Origin: Eledone cirrhosa
Lineage: Eukaryota
Assembly (NCBI GenBank): GCA_964016885.1
Contig: OZ024740.1
Coordinates: forward strand, 43,400,001-43,464,000
DNA: 64,000 bases
Direction: 5' to 3'
Shown here: positions 1 to 13,699 of the stretch, in pieces
Position numbering within the stretch: position 1 is the stretch's first letter
How the letters are laid out: every line of letters begins with the position of its first letter
Position numbers and translations under genes: made by a program
The notes under the pieces: model-generated
What the model saw: only the letters and a program-made list of their open reading frames with translations
Databases searched by the model: none
Told to the model about the DNA's origin: nothing

Positions 1-84
1 GTATTATAGAAAATTGCATTGAATGAATCGAACAAAACCAAAGTTTGCTCATCTACCATTGATATAAATCCTCATTGCACTTGT

Positions 85-85
85 T

Positions 86-118
<33 letters not shown>

Positions 119-184
119 ATTCTTCTTCTTCCTCTTCTTCTTCTTCTTCTAATGATAATAATAATAATAATAATAATAATAATA
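85..184. repeat. Compound microsatellite (TGT)n-(TCT)n-(AAT)n
   Basis: Directly visible triplet repeats. Confidence 0.95.
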
Positions 185-189
185 TTGGA

Positions 190-462
190 ACTGCCATGAA
201 GTCAAAGTGATCCCGATTGTCATAGGCGCACTGGGGACTATCTCCAAAAGTTTCCAGGGATGGTTAAAGAAAATCGGCCCCTTCACGCTTTTTGGAACGC
301 TTCAAAAGGCATGCTTGCTTGGAACAGCAAGAACCCTCCGATACGTCCTGAATATCTGAGGCTGCAGGTAGTGGCTTGATATTCATTCCAACGGACTTTC
401 CAGTTAACCAACATCAATGACTGAGATTCAAGGAATAACAACAATAATAATAATAATAATAA
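190..462 (+). mobile_element. R4/Dong-like non-LTR retrotransposon 3' end between (AAT)n tracts
   Basis: Translates to KVIPIVIGALGTISK...LQKACLLGTARTLRYVLNI*, the C-terminus of the restriction-like endonuclease (RLE) domain; (AAT)n on both sides. Confidence 0.85.
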
Positions 463-466
463 TTTG

Positions 467-825
467 TAGCAAAGAGTGCAAAAATCAGGCGATACGAGAA
501 CAGAGTCAGCCAGTATAGACAGAACCGCATGTTCGACAACAACCAGAAGATGCTTTTTGGACAGCTTGAAGGGAAAGAAAGAGAAAACGACTTGATCCCT
601 GGGGCGGAACAAACTAAAACATTCTGGAGAGGAATATGGGATCAGGATGATAGAAAACGATCAGGTGAAGGTGCTGTGGGATTTTAGGATACAGAAGGAC
701 AAGAAACTGGAACACAATAGACCTGACCTGGTGGTTTTGGACAAAGAAAAAAGATCGTGCCTGATTGTGGATGTGGCCTGCCCATTCGACACGAGAGTGC
801 AAGAGAAGGAGAGGGAGAAAGATAT
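467..825 (+). mobile_element. R4/Dong-like LINE fragments (pre-RT segment fused to RLE segment)
   Basis: QYRQNRMFDNNQK...FWRGIW followed by KVLWDFRIQKDKKLEHNRPDLVVLDK...IVDVACP (PD..D RLE motif). Confidence 0.8.
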
Positions 826-987
826 ATAGAAAAAATCGATCCCTGTACTTGACTAGTATTTTTTCATGAACATTGAATATATGAAAGGTAAATTGGACAT
901 CGGTTTAATTTAAAATCAAAGAGCAGAAAACCAGAACGAATACCACAAAGCAATCTATCCAATTTTATAACGACTCTGCAAATTCAT

Positions 988-1135
988 CGGCAGTATCGGT
1001 AGAGGGTCTGCCGCCATGCTTTATTCAAATCCCGCCGAGGTTAACTTTGCCTTTCATCCGTCCGGGGTCGATAAAATAAAGTAGCAGTAATGCACTGGTG
1101 AATTGCTGGCCTTGTGCCAAAACTAGAACAATTAT
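988..1135 (+). mobile_element. tRNA-derived SINE family 1 copy
   Basis: ggcagtatcggtagag...ttcaaatcccgccgaggttaactttgcctttcatcc...ggggtcgataaaataaag, shared with more than 10 copies in the window. Confidence 0.85.
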
Positions 1136-1150
1136 TAAATATTACCGGTC

Positions 1151-2247
<1,097 letters not shown>

Positions 2248-2411
2248 ATACATATATACATATACATATGACTTACGAAATTTAAATCAAAACTTAATCC
2301 CAAAGAGAGGAAATCGTAACATTATCCTCTGAAAGTTCCTTAAACCGTGAAGAAGGGACTTTTAGGTCCCGAAATATTGGACAGAAGAAAAGACAGGAAC
2401 AAATAAAGGGA

Positions 2412-2511
2412 AGTAGAGTGGGTAATAGGAAAAGTGCCAGGACCCCGACCGCTGAGTTCCGGTCCTTTCAACAGCTAGTTCGGATCTAGCTGTCGTAACG
2501 GCCGGTCTCTT

Positions 2512-2516
<5 letters not shown>
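2412..2516. mobile_element. Diverged PLE family A pLTR fragment with fold-back
   Basis: agtagagtgggtaataggaaa matches 30237 and 42077; hairpin acagctag/ctagctgt at 2471-2493; ends in (TA)n. Confidence 0.6.
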
Positions 2517-2575
<59 letters not shown>

Positions 2576-2577
<2 letters not shown>

Positions 2578-4762
2578 TAGTTAAATTAAGACCTCATTCG
2601 CTCAATGCTGACCATGGGTTGATATCTGTTGTCAGCTCGGCTGGAGCAGCGTCTCCGGTGGATAAAGAGACCTATACGTGAGTGACAATCTCTGTCACAT
2701 TGAACGCATCTATATATGGTCTCTGATCTGTTGGATTTATTGACTCCCATCTGCGCTGCAGTTATCAAACTCTCCACCCCTGATTTCAGGTGTTGATTTA
2801 GGGTGTTTCTCCATATTGGTTGTTCAGCTGCGACTCCCTCCCAGGACTGTGTTTATCTCAATGGCCTTCCTATCTCTCTTCACAATGTCTTTGTATCGCA
2901 GCGAAGGTCGAGCGGTGGCACTCTTTCCAGAGGTCAGCTCCCCATATAAGATGTCTTTGGGGTGCGGCCATTATTTATGTGGTGGACGTGTCCTAGCCAG
3001 CGTAATCTGCGCTGTTGGAGCAGTATAAAGATGCTGGGAAGGCTGCACTAATAAGGACCTCGGCGTTGGGCTCTCTGTCCTGACAGGATGGGGTGCAGGC
3101 TTCTCAGATGGACGGTGTTGCGTCGCCTCTCCTGTCTATCATATGGGGACCATGTCTCACTGCCATACAGCAGTGTGCCGATTACACAGGCATTGTACAC
3201 AGCCTCCTTGGTCTTTACCACCAGCTTGGGGTTTGTCCACACTCGGGGAGTGAGGTTAGAAAATGGTGTCGCTGCCTTCCCAATCCTTCTGTCGAGCTCT
3301 GTGTCAAGGGAGAGGTTGTCTGTGATGGTGGAACCCAAGTAGGTGAACTGATGTACGACGTCGAGCTCATAGTCATCTATTTTGATGAACGGTGGTGCTT
3401 CTATGTGCTGTCCCAAGATCTTTGGGAGGATCTTGAAGAAGCTGTCTCTACTACCCGGTCAAACGCCTCGGTGACGGCGATAAAAGCAGCATACAGGGAC
3501 ATGTTCTGTTCCCTTCATTTCTCCTGGAGTTGGCGGAGGGAGAAGACCAAGTCTACTGTTGATAATTTGGCTCGGAAGCCGACGACACTGAGAAGAGAGA
3601 TGCTCCTGTAGTTGTTGCAACCGCTTCTTTCGCCTTTGTTCTTGTAGAGGGTGATGATCTCGGCATCCCTCATGTTCTGTGGAACAGCACCTTCTTGTCA
3701 GCACTGGCAGAGGACCTCATGCTGTGGTTGCAGTAGGATAGCCCTGCATTGCTTGATCAGGTCTGGAGAAACTCCATCGTCGCTTGTGGCCTTGCCTGAA
3801 GCCAAGCTGTTAATGGACTTGTTGAGCTCTTCCATGAGAGACAGGCACTCAACAGCATTGAGAGCCGAGTGGGACACGTTTTTCTGTCCGGATTAGAGGT
3901 CAGAGTAGTGCTCCATCCATCTCTCCATCTGCTGGGCCCAGTCAGTGATTACCTCCCCAGTGTTGAATTTCAGGGGAGTTGTCTTGTTCTAGACCAGTCT
4001 TTTTGATGCCATCGTACATGTCTCTGATGTCCCCTATTACAGCAGCTGTCTGGATGTCATCACTGAGCTGTGTCCAGTACTCATTAGCACAGTGCTTTGC
4101 AGTCTGTTGAACCTTGCTTCTGGCAGCCCGGACAGTCTACAGGTTCCTTTCGCTGGTGGATCGTTTGTACTCAGCTAGGGCAGCACGCTTGGCTTCAATG
4201 ACAGAGGCCATCCTGATGGACTTGGTCTCAAACCAGTCATGCAAATTCGAGGCCCTCTTTCCAAAGGTAGTCAATGCCGTGCTGTGCATGATGTTTCGCA
4301 GCATTTCTCACTTCTCTGTGGAAAAGTCCCCATGTTGAGAGGTGTGAAGTTCTTTCTAGAGAGCCTCCATGAATTGCTTTACGAGTAAGCCTGGTTGGCA
4401 CATCTTGCTGACATCAAGGCAAGGATTCCCCTGTTTTTCTACTCATAGGAATCTCCTCTGTTGCAGCCTGATCTTGCAACACACCAACGAGTGGTCTGTG
4501 TCACAGTCTGCACTCTGGTAGGAGCGTGTGTAGAGAACGTTCTTGATGGCGGTATGTCTGACCAGAATGAGGTGCAGCTGGTGTCAGTGCTTTGAGCGTG
4601 GATATCTCCAGGAAACCTTGTGTTTCGGCTTGGTGCGGTAGTAGGAGTTGGCGATGCACAGGTGGTGATAAGTGCTCGAGAAGGCGTTGTCCATTGTCAT
4701 TCATTTTTCCCATACCAAACTGTCCAAGGCCATGAGGGCCATGAGTCATGATCAGCACCCAT
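2576..4762 (-). mobile_element. RTE-clade LINE, 5'-truncated, internally deleted and frameshifted
   Basis: APE endonuclease remnants ([22 protein letters not shown]); RT C-terminal part (FTYLGSTIT, LLYGSETW); C-terminal CxxC..C.SRIGL..H..C zinc motif. Confidence 0.9.
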
Positions 4763-4771
4763 GTTTATATT

Positions 4772-4817
4772 TGTCCTGATGATTACCCCCGAATGAAACA
4801 GTTCTAGTCCTGTAGAA
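4772..4817 (+). ncRNA. Degenerate hammerhead motif in a short PLE-like tail
   Basis: CUGAUGA...GAAA-cag..cug-UA; stem III pairs well, stems I and II are weak. Confidence 0.45.
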
Positions 4818-4829
4818 GCCATTTCTATA

Positions 4830-5710
<881 letters not shown>

Positions 5711-6202
5711 TATACATTATGTCAACACCATAACATGCTAACCATCCAAACAGACACATACATACACACACACATAACACCTACTTTAGAAAATAAAAAC
5801 CAGAACTACGTTAGTACTCTAACAGCTTAACATCCTAAACCCCCCCCCCCCCCCCACGCACACATAACTTCCTCCCACATTTCTACTAACGGAATCATTT
5901 TCCTACACACATATATATATATATTCTCTCCATCTTAACATGCTAACCATACTCCCACGCACACATACACACACACATAAGACCCATACACGCACATACA
6001 CACAACTCCCTCCCCCATTTCTACTAATCATCTTCCTACACACACACAAGCACACACACACACACACACACAATCACACAAATAAACATACATATCCCTC
6101 TACTTTCTTTCTTTCAATAGAAAGTTTGAATTCTGACACCCCAGCGAACCAGCCATATTCACTGAACCAGAACAATTCTCCCCATCCCATTTCTCTTGAC
6201 CA

Positions 6203-6372
6203 TGGATTGGCAGTATCAGTAGAGGGTCGGACGCCTTGCTTTGACGCCCTTGCCATTCTGAGTTCAAATCCCGCCGAGGTTAACTTTGCCTTTAATCCTT
6301 ACGGGGTCGATAAAATAAAGTAGCAATAATGCAGTGGGTAATTGCTGGCCTTGTACCAAAAGTAGAAACAAC
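6203..6372 (+). mobile_element. SINE family 1 copy
   Basis: Same consensus as 988-1135. Confidence 0.85.
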
Positions 6373-6452
6373 TATCTTTTGTTTGCCACAAAATTCTCTA
6401 AAAGGCTACAAATGAAATTTCCAAATACGGCTCCGAAAATTAATGAACTTGT

Positions 6453-6750
6453 TCACGTGACAGTCATAATTTCATTTATAACCAATCAAATTACTTTTTA
6501 AAAAAAGAGCCTTCGTGAGCCACTTTTTTTAAAGTAAAAATAAATTCAAACACAAACTGGCGCGAATGCTGATGTGCTTATTCACATGACTCCATCAACC
6601 AACCAAACTTCACTCATATATGAAAAGCAACCTGACCCCCCCCCCCTTTGTTTGAAGAACTTTGTAACGCAAACTGGCGCGAAATGTATTATACTTATTC
6701 ACCAACCAATCAAATTACTTCTCTAAAGACCTGGCATTTCGAGCCACTTT
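6453..6750. promoter_or_regulatory. Possible cell-cycle-type promoter motif cluster
   Basis: Two TGGCGCGAA (E2F-like; 6558, 6675), two ACCAATCA (6481, 6705), TTCAAA/TTTGAA (CHR-like; 6545, 6651), TCACGTGA (6453); motif match only. Confidence 0.3.
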
Positions 6751-6787
6751 TTGCAATATAAAAAATAGTTACATTCAAGGACCAACT

Positions 6788-6935
6788 AGATGTGAGAAAA
6801 ACCACAGAATCTCCATCTCAACTCTACTTTTGAAAATCAGAAGTACTGCGAAACCGGTAAAGGAACCAAATAAATAAAAATATTTTTTTAAAAAAGACTC
6901 CAGTTGCATTTTCGATTTCATCTTTTTTCCTTATA
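6788..6935 (+). repeat. PLE-like terminus (family G), direct repeat of 8289-8431
   Basis: agatgtgagaaaaaccacag...gcgaaaccggtaaagg...cagttgcattttcgatttcatc; includes GAAA-CCGG-UA, the 3' half of a hammerhead. Confidence 0.75.
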
Positions 6936-7032
6936 TATTCAAGGATATATATATTCAAGATATATATAAGTTAAAACAATGAAATAAAAAATCAAGTCAT
7001 TAGAGATATACTTCACTGCTTTACGATCGTTT

Positions 7033-8270
7033 CTAGATGATGATAATACATTGTATCTATACTCAGTTATTGATCTATGTAAGTTTACAAACTATCAGAT
7101 AAAGAGAATATTTAATTACATGCATATCACCAGCTGTTTTCAAAAGCAATAATAATTTTAGTCAGTAATCATTTTATTCAGAATTAGTAGTATGTTCGTA
7201 TCATGTCCTTATTTGGAGTTAGTTGAAGAACTAACGAATCTAATTGTTTTTTTCATATGGTGTTAAGATGAAAAGTAATACACTTTAGTTGAGGTCATGA
7301 CCCTTTGAAAGGAATGGTTGAAGGATGCTAATAGTAGAATTGGCATATAAATCTATTAGCAGGAAAGGGATTGTAAAACTGATAGATGAATATATCTGGT
7401 ATAGTGAATTTGAAAGGAATGTCAAAATAAATGGTGATTAGTGTTGTATTGAGTTTTAAGGTGAATATAAATTAAGGTTATGGCTAGGAAAGATATTAAA
7501 AAAGATATTAAAAGTATTTAGGTTTGCATCTATTTGTACGTATGTATATTTTTGGTTCTCTATATATAGTGTGTATATATGCACTTTGTAATCTATGAAA
7601 TTTATTTGTTTTAAATATGCCAACATGTATTTATCTGAGTTTGATTATTTATGCGTAAACATACTTGATAGTATTTTAGAGCGTATCATATGCTATATTA
7701 TACTAAGTGCAATTTACCGCACCGTACTATATTGTGTTGGTTAAGTTGTATATTATCGCATTACTGTATTTCATTATCTTATTATAATTTTCATCTTTTA
7801 ATATACTATCTTTCCTAGCCATAACCTTAATTTATATTCACCTTAAAACTCAATACAACACTAATCACCATTTATTTTGACATTCCTTTTAAATTCACTA
7901 TACCAGATATATTCAACTATCAGTTTTACAATCCCCTCCTTCCTAATAGATTTATATGCCAATTCTACTATTAGCATCCTTCAACCATTCCTTTCAAAGG
8001 GTCATGACCTCAACTAAAGTGTATTACTTTTCATCTTAACACCATATGAAAAAAACAATTAGATTCGTTAGTTCTTCAACATACCTCCAAATAAGGACAT
8101 GATACTAACATACTACTAATTCTGAATAAAATGATTACTGACTAAAATTATTATTGCTTTTGAAAACAGCTGTTGATATGCATGCAATTAAATATTCTCT
8201 TTATCTGATAGTTTGTAAACTTACATAGATCAATAACTGAGTATAGATACAATGTATTATCATCATCTAG
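7033..8270. repeat. Long inverted repeat, arms 7033-7495 and 7807-8270
   Basis: ctagatgatgataatac...ggctaggaaagata is the reverse complement of tatctttcctagcc...gtattatcatcatctag with few mismatches. Confidence 0.95.
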
Positions 8271-8288
8271 CAATATTTCTCACATCTG

Positions 8289-8424
8289 AGATGTGAGAAA
8301 AACCACAGACCCTCCATCTCAACTGTACTTTTGAAAAACAGAAGAACTGCGAAACCGGTAAAGGAACCAAATAAATATATATATATTTTTTTAAATAACA
8401 CTCCAGTTGCATTTTCGATTTCAT

Positions 8425-8431
<7 letters not shown>
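8289..8431 (+). repeat. PLE-like terminus (family G) ending in (TA)n
   Basis: Copy of 6788-6935; begins inside palindrome tttctcacatct-g-agatgtgagaaa (8276-8300). Confidence 0.75.
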
Positions 8432-8455
<24 letters not shown>

Positions 8456-9106
8456 CTTTCTCTCTATACAATGATAAATAATAGTTTAGGCATTCTGTAG
8501 ATAGAAATGTATACTGCTTGATTAGCGGTTTCCACTGTAGGTGTCAATGTCTACCATTTAGCCCCACTGCAGTTGATATTTAATGATGCATTGTAGTAAT
8601 CATATTTTAAAACTAGTTTGCCGGTATAAATGTCAAGTGGTACTTAGAATTTTGTTATATCGAGAAACAGCAAGACTTACTGATCTAAAAGAAAGGAAAT
8701 AGAATGATATTGAGTAGGAATCCATTAAGACAGATGGTGTAGATTTTATATAATTTATGATTTATTTCACTACATAACAAGTACTTGTTCTAATAAACAA
8801 AATGATTTATCATTTTTTTTTGCATTGTTTCCGTTCAGTTTGATTTCCTCTATTGCTGTTTTCTCTCTTCCTTTAATATGACAGCATTCAAATATTGTTT
8901 AAACTGCCTCAGACAATCATATCAAACACCAGCTAATAGACACAAATGTTACTGTGCCAAGTGTTCAGACGCATTTTCCTGATTTGGTTTCAATGATACT
9001 TTTTTAATCACTGAAACCATAAACAGCAAATTGCGTCTGAAAACACAACACAAAAATGTACGTTTTGTGAATCGTGCTAATTGTAAATGTTTCTCTGTTA
9101 CTTATA

Positions 9107-9537
9107 CTAGCAGAAAACCACCCCTCGGGTGGTTTTCTGCTAGCATGAGGTAGTGTGCATATTGATATTATTCGCATATCGATAGTATTCGCATGTAGAT
9201 ATGATACATCAAATAAAATCGTAATTGACAATATACACAGAAACGTAATCCATGATACATTAAAAAAAGACTATATTATATATAAACTGCATTAGGAGAA
9301 AATTAGTGACGGAAATATATGATCGCTAACCGGAAGTATTGACATTTGAAAATTTTAAAGAAGTGAATCTTAAAATAAGCAACAACATTAGTTATATTTA
9401 ATCAAGAATAACGAAATTTAGTAGATAAATTATGTAATATTCATTCATTATTTATTCAAAGTAATCCAACTTATTTTACAAACGGGATGAAAAAAATATA
9501 TTCTGGACGCGGTCCCGCACTCCTTACTTTATTATAG
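9107..9537 (-). mobile_element. Non-autonomous Helitron-like element (family H1)
   Basis: Terminal CTAG inside palindrome ctagcagaaaaccaccc..gggtggttttctgctag; second copy at 48019-48490. Confidence 0.7.
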
Positions 9538-9559
9538 TTTAGCTATTTGAAAACGCTGG

Positions 9560-9750
9560 TGTATTGGCAGAATCGTTAGAGAGTCGAACAAATTGTTCCC
9601 ACCATATTTATTACCACTCTTTACGTTCTGAGTTCAAATCCAGCTATGGTTAACTTTGCCTTTTATTTTTCTGAAGTCTATAAATTATAATCGACTTTCC
9701 TCTAACCTCAAAATTGCTGGACTTGTGCCAAAACTACAAACAATTATTAT
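9560..9750 (+). mobile_element. SINE family 1 copy (diverged)
   Basis: ggcagaatcgttagag...ttctgagttcaaatcc...ttaactttgcc. Confidence 0.7.
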
Positions 9751-12611
9751 ATGGCCGAACAAGTAAATTTCTAACTGAAATATAAGTGGATGGAGTATCT
9801 TGCCGTCTTAGATTATACTTTTTAAATCAAAATAGTTTAGTTTTTTCTCCCTGGCTATTCTAGTATAAAATGTTCTACGCTTCTTAACATATCAACAGAT
9901 ACTGAATTAATTATAAATAAATCTAAGAATTTATAACAGTGTAGTTTTTAGTTATATATTGTTTTCCAGAACTTTCCTTCAATTTATAATGTTGACAGTT
10001 AGTATCTTATAAATAAAATGTTGACACGTGATGCATATAAATAAATAAATACAAATAAACAAATTACTTAAAAATAAATTAAAAAACAAAAATAACAAAA
10101 ACAAGCTTTATTGTGATACCATTTATTCCAAGTATGGCACCACAATTATTTTGTTCTATATAATATATGACGCTTTTATGTCATTCTTAGTTTTCCGTAT
10201 ATTTATACATACATATAATGATTTAAGATATTGTCATATTTCTGACACATACAGTACACCATATTAATCATGTCATTTCTTACATTGTGTTATTGTTAAC
10301 TTTACAGCGTGGCTTAAGTTTCAAAATCTTATTGTTGCTGAGATATTTTTTGAATTATGCTAAGTTCTCAAGAAGCAATTCATACGTTGGAATTAAATAT
10401 TGCGAATATCTCAGCTATGAACATAGTTCAATTAATCACTTTCAACAATACACTTTTAACAACCTCATTCTTTTTTATATATTTACCAACATATAAGAAG
10501 CCTATGCTTTCATGCTGTATTAATTGCTCATTTTTCAAACTATAGAACATAGGCAGAAGAGAAGACACTTTTCTACTGAATAGCACTTAACATCACTAAC
10601 TTAGTGAGGCGGGTCCTGAGAGTGTGACAGAGTCTTCTCTATTGTGTGGGAACCAGTGAGGAGGAAACGTTGTCAATGAGTATGGCGAAGAAGATGCGTT
10701 GGGATAGCTATTTCAACTCACGGGACTAGCTCCTGCGAGTGGCCAACTACACCCTGTCAGTAGTAGCTATGTCAGATAACGCCGGACATCTCCGGTGCTA
10801 CAGGTTCGCCCACAGGCCTATCGGAGAGTGTACTGAACATTGGTTTAGCCACCGAATGTACCAAGGTGCCGCTGAAGAAGATCTTACTGCATGCTTTCCT
10901 CGTAATAGAATTTTATGTCTTAACTTGTAATATGTTGTGTTTTTGTAACTGTGTTCTTCAATTTTATATGGTGAGTCTTGTGTAGTTTAGGTCTGTTGTT
11001 TTCATTTATATCAATATACAGTAGGGCTTTTAAAGACACATTTAATTAAATAACATTGCATTCTACAATAACATTTCCAGTCGTGTTTTAAAGTATTATT
11101 ATGTCAGAAAGAAGGTAAAAGCAATTCCTGAAAGCAATTCATCTTTGACATATCAGTGGCATGATATTAAACGTTTAAATAATATCCTTCATACCACGAA
11201 AGGAAACATCCTTCTCATCCCTACTTAATTGCTAATGAACCAAATTGCCATAAATCAACGATTTTAACACGTCTGTCTTATGAAATTTATATTTGTTTCT
11301 ATTTCATTTGTATTTATCAGATTATGTTTAGATTTTACAAATAACATATTTTTTTTCATTTGAATGAGAAGCCCAACCTGTATTGTTAAATTATTTGTAT
11401 TATTATACTGAAGCAGACTGGTAAAAAATATAGCATTCACTTAGAATGTTAGAAAATATTAATGTTAAATAATAATTGCGTATCAGCGACAGGTTACATT
11501 GATTCATACATCAAATAAGTGAATAATCTAATTTATCTTACAAATCTAATTTATTTTAGAATAACTCTAAATAGTTATACCTTTATTTTGTTTGTACAAG
11601 TAATATTCCCATTAAATTACGGTTTTATAGATTGAAGTATAAATTAACATCGTAACTGGAATTGAAAGTTAATAACTTTTCCAATATAAAATGATTTGAG
11701 AAATACGTGTTAGTTCTGAAAGTATACTGAAATTGCATTATATAATTCTATTTCATTTCATTCAATATAATGTTTATGAATATTTCGTATATAAAGAAAT
11801 TACATTGATAGACAGAATATAATTGGATATTAATGTAGGGCAGTGAAACAAATACTGTAAGACAACAAATATTGAGAATAGGAAATCCATTATGATTTAA
11901 TATATATATATATGTATGTATGTATAATAAGAGGTTACCAACCGGGGATGTGCAAACCATATTTTAGTCGGTCGGCTGTGATGCGGATAAAATTGAATCG
12001 CTCAACGACATGCATAAATGGTACACACCGGTGCCATATAGAGTTTTAAATAGAACGAAGACCATGTGTAGCTGTATTCAGGTTTATTTTCATTTCCATT
12101 ATACATATTTAGCTGAGGTTGACAGCTAGATAGTTTTCTACATAACTATTACCCCAGTCTGATCTCATCAGATGATAGAAAAATCTTTAAATAATTTCAC
12201 ACAACTTAAACACATAAATATTAAATAAAATTCCCACAAGATAATTCAAAAACTGTTCTCGTAAAATGTTTTTCTTTTTGTGATACAAGGAACCACCGGT
12301 ATGTGTTGATATTGTTTCTATAGAAGCCGGTTCTGTATGACCCTTAGATCTAGGGCGGTAATGTGGTTCTACCTCTTGTCTCACTTCACTTTCGCTCTGT
12401 GGTGAAAAGAGCAAGTCATTGTTGTAGGAACTAATTCTGCAAGTAGCCGATTCCCCTCACCATGCCTGACAGTGGGTGTGATAGTATTATTGACAGATAT
12501 CTCCTTCCATCCCAGTGATCAACTTCTTCTGCAGCTCTTCCACACCAATAAGGTTATGTAGGTTGGGGGAGATGATAACTGTGAAAGAGAGATTGGAATA
12601 TTATAACTAAA

Positions 12612-12802
12612 GGGCGGTGGATTGGCAGTATCGGTAGAGGGTCGGACACCATGCTTTGACGCATAGAGTTACGTACCTTGCCATTCTGAGTTCAAATCCC
12701 GCTGAGGTTAATTTTGCCTTTCATTCTTACGGGGTCGATAAAATAAAGTACCAGTAATGCACTGGGTAATTGTTAGACTTGTGCCTAAGGTAGAAACAAT
12801 TA
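12612..12802 (+). mobile_element. SINE family 1 copy, near full length
   Basis: ggcggtggattggcagtatcggtagag (A box)...gagttcaaatccc (B box)...gtagaaacaattat. Confidence 0.9.
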
Positions 12803-12939
12803 TAACTAAAAACAAGAAGTAAACATGACATAAATTCAACTGAATGAATTTACTTGAAATAGATAACGTTATAGCTTAAAAAATATCGTACACAAAGTAG
12901 TCATTATATAGTTAAAGTTTAACTGGGCTATAAAGTGCT

Positions 12940-13470
12940 ATACACAAATGTCGCTGCGGATCCCCCGTGGAATCTTTCAAACACTCCCCGCTTTCTGTCG
13001 CTACAGTGCCGGCAGTCAACGTGGTCATAAAGCATGGCTTGGATACTGCAGGCTTCCCCTCCCTTTCGAGCCGGTGAGCTGGACAGAGGGGACGGCAAAA
13101 GGCCAGACGGTAGGACCATCTTCCCGTTCCGCAGTGGTAAACGCCTCGTCTGGGATGCCACATGCAGCGACACATTCTCCAGCGGCAACCTGGTGCAGTC
13201 TGCAACTAACCCAGGTTCGGCTGCACTTCGGGCTGAGAAGTGTAAACTCTCCAAATATCGGTCGCTCTCCGACAGGTTTTCAGTCGAGCCCTTAGCAGTG
13301 GAGACTTCAGGTATCCTTGGCCCTAGGGCTACCTCCCTACTTACCACCTTAGGCACTGAACTGGCTAGCTGCAGGTGTAATCCGCGCGATTTGGAATGGC
13401 TCTTACAGCGCATCTCCCTTACCATCCTCCGCGGAAACGCTTTCTCCATTCTGTCCGCTGGGGCCGTGGG
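12940..13470 (+). mobile_element. CRE-like non-LTR retrotransposon C-terminus (zinc knuckle plus RLE)
   Basis: HKCRCG...; GDGKRPDG...LVWDATC.DTF...PLAVETSG.LGP...QRISLTILRGNAFSIL. Confidence 0.85.
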
Positions 13471-13699
13471 GAGACCAGCACGTGGGACCCCATTTGTTGA
13501 TAATAGAGAGAGATGGAGAAGGCGAGTGAGATGGAGAGGCTGTGAGAGGTGGAGGCGATGACCATGGGAGCTCGGCTCTTCTGTGTTCGGACGTGATGTG
13601 CAGCGTCAGCTGACCGTAAGGAGGTAGTGATTCATCTGCTATTATCTAGGATGCTAATCTGCATTACTGCTTTCTTTTTAGCAAAATATATGTGAAAAC

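Noticed and set aside
2345-2382. Hammerhead-like gUGAAGA-agggac..guccc-GAAA
   Set aside because: C3 is missing and stems I and III are not convincing; at best a decayed remnant
10560-10930. GC-richer segment with a 63 aa ORF
   Set aside because: No recognisable motif, repeat partner or structure
12187-12600. Possible minus-strand host exon (acceptor-like tctctctttcacag near 12579; peptide IISPNLHNLIGVEELQKKLITGMEGDICQ*) and ORF 12187-12414
   Set aside because: No recognisable domain and no partner exons; needs RNA-seq
12928-13449. 173 aa antisense ORF
   Set aside because: Shadow of the plus-strand CRE endonuclease coding sequence
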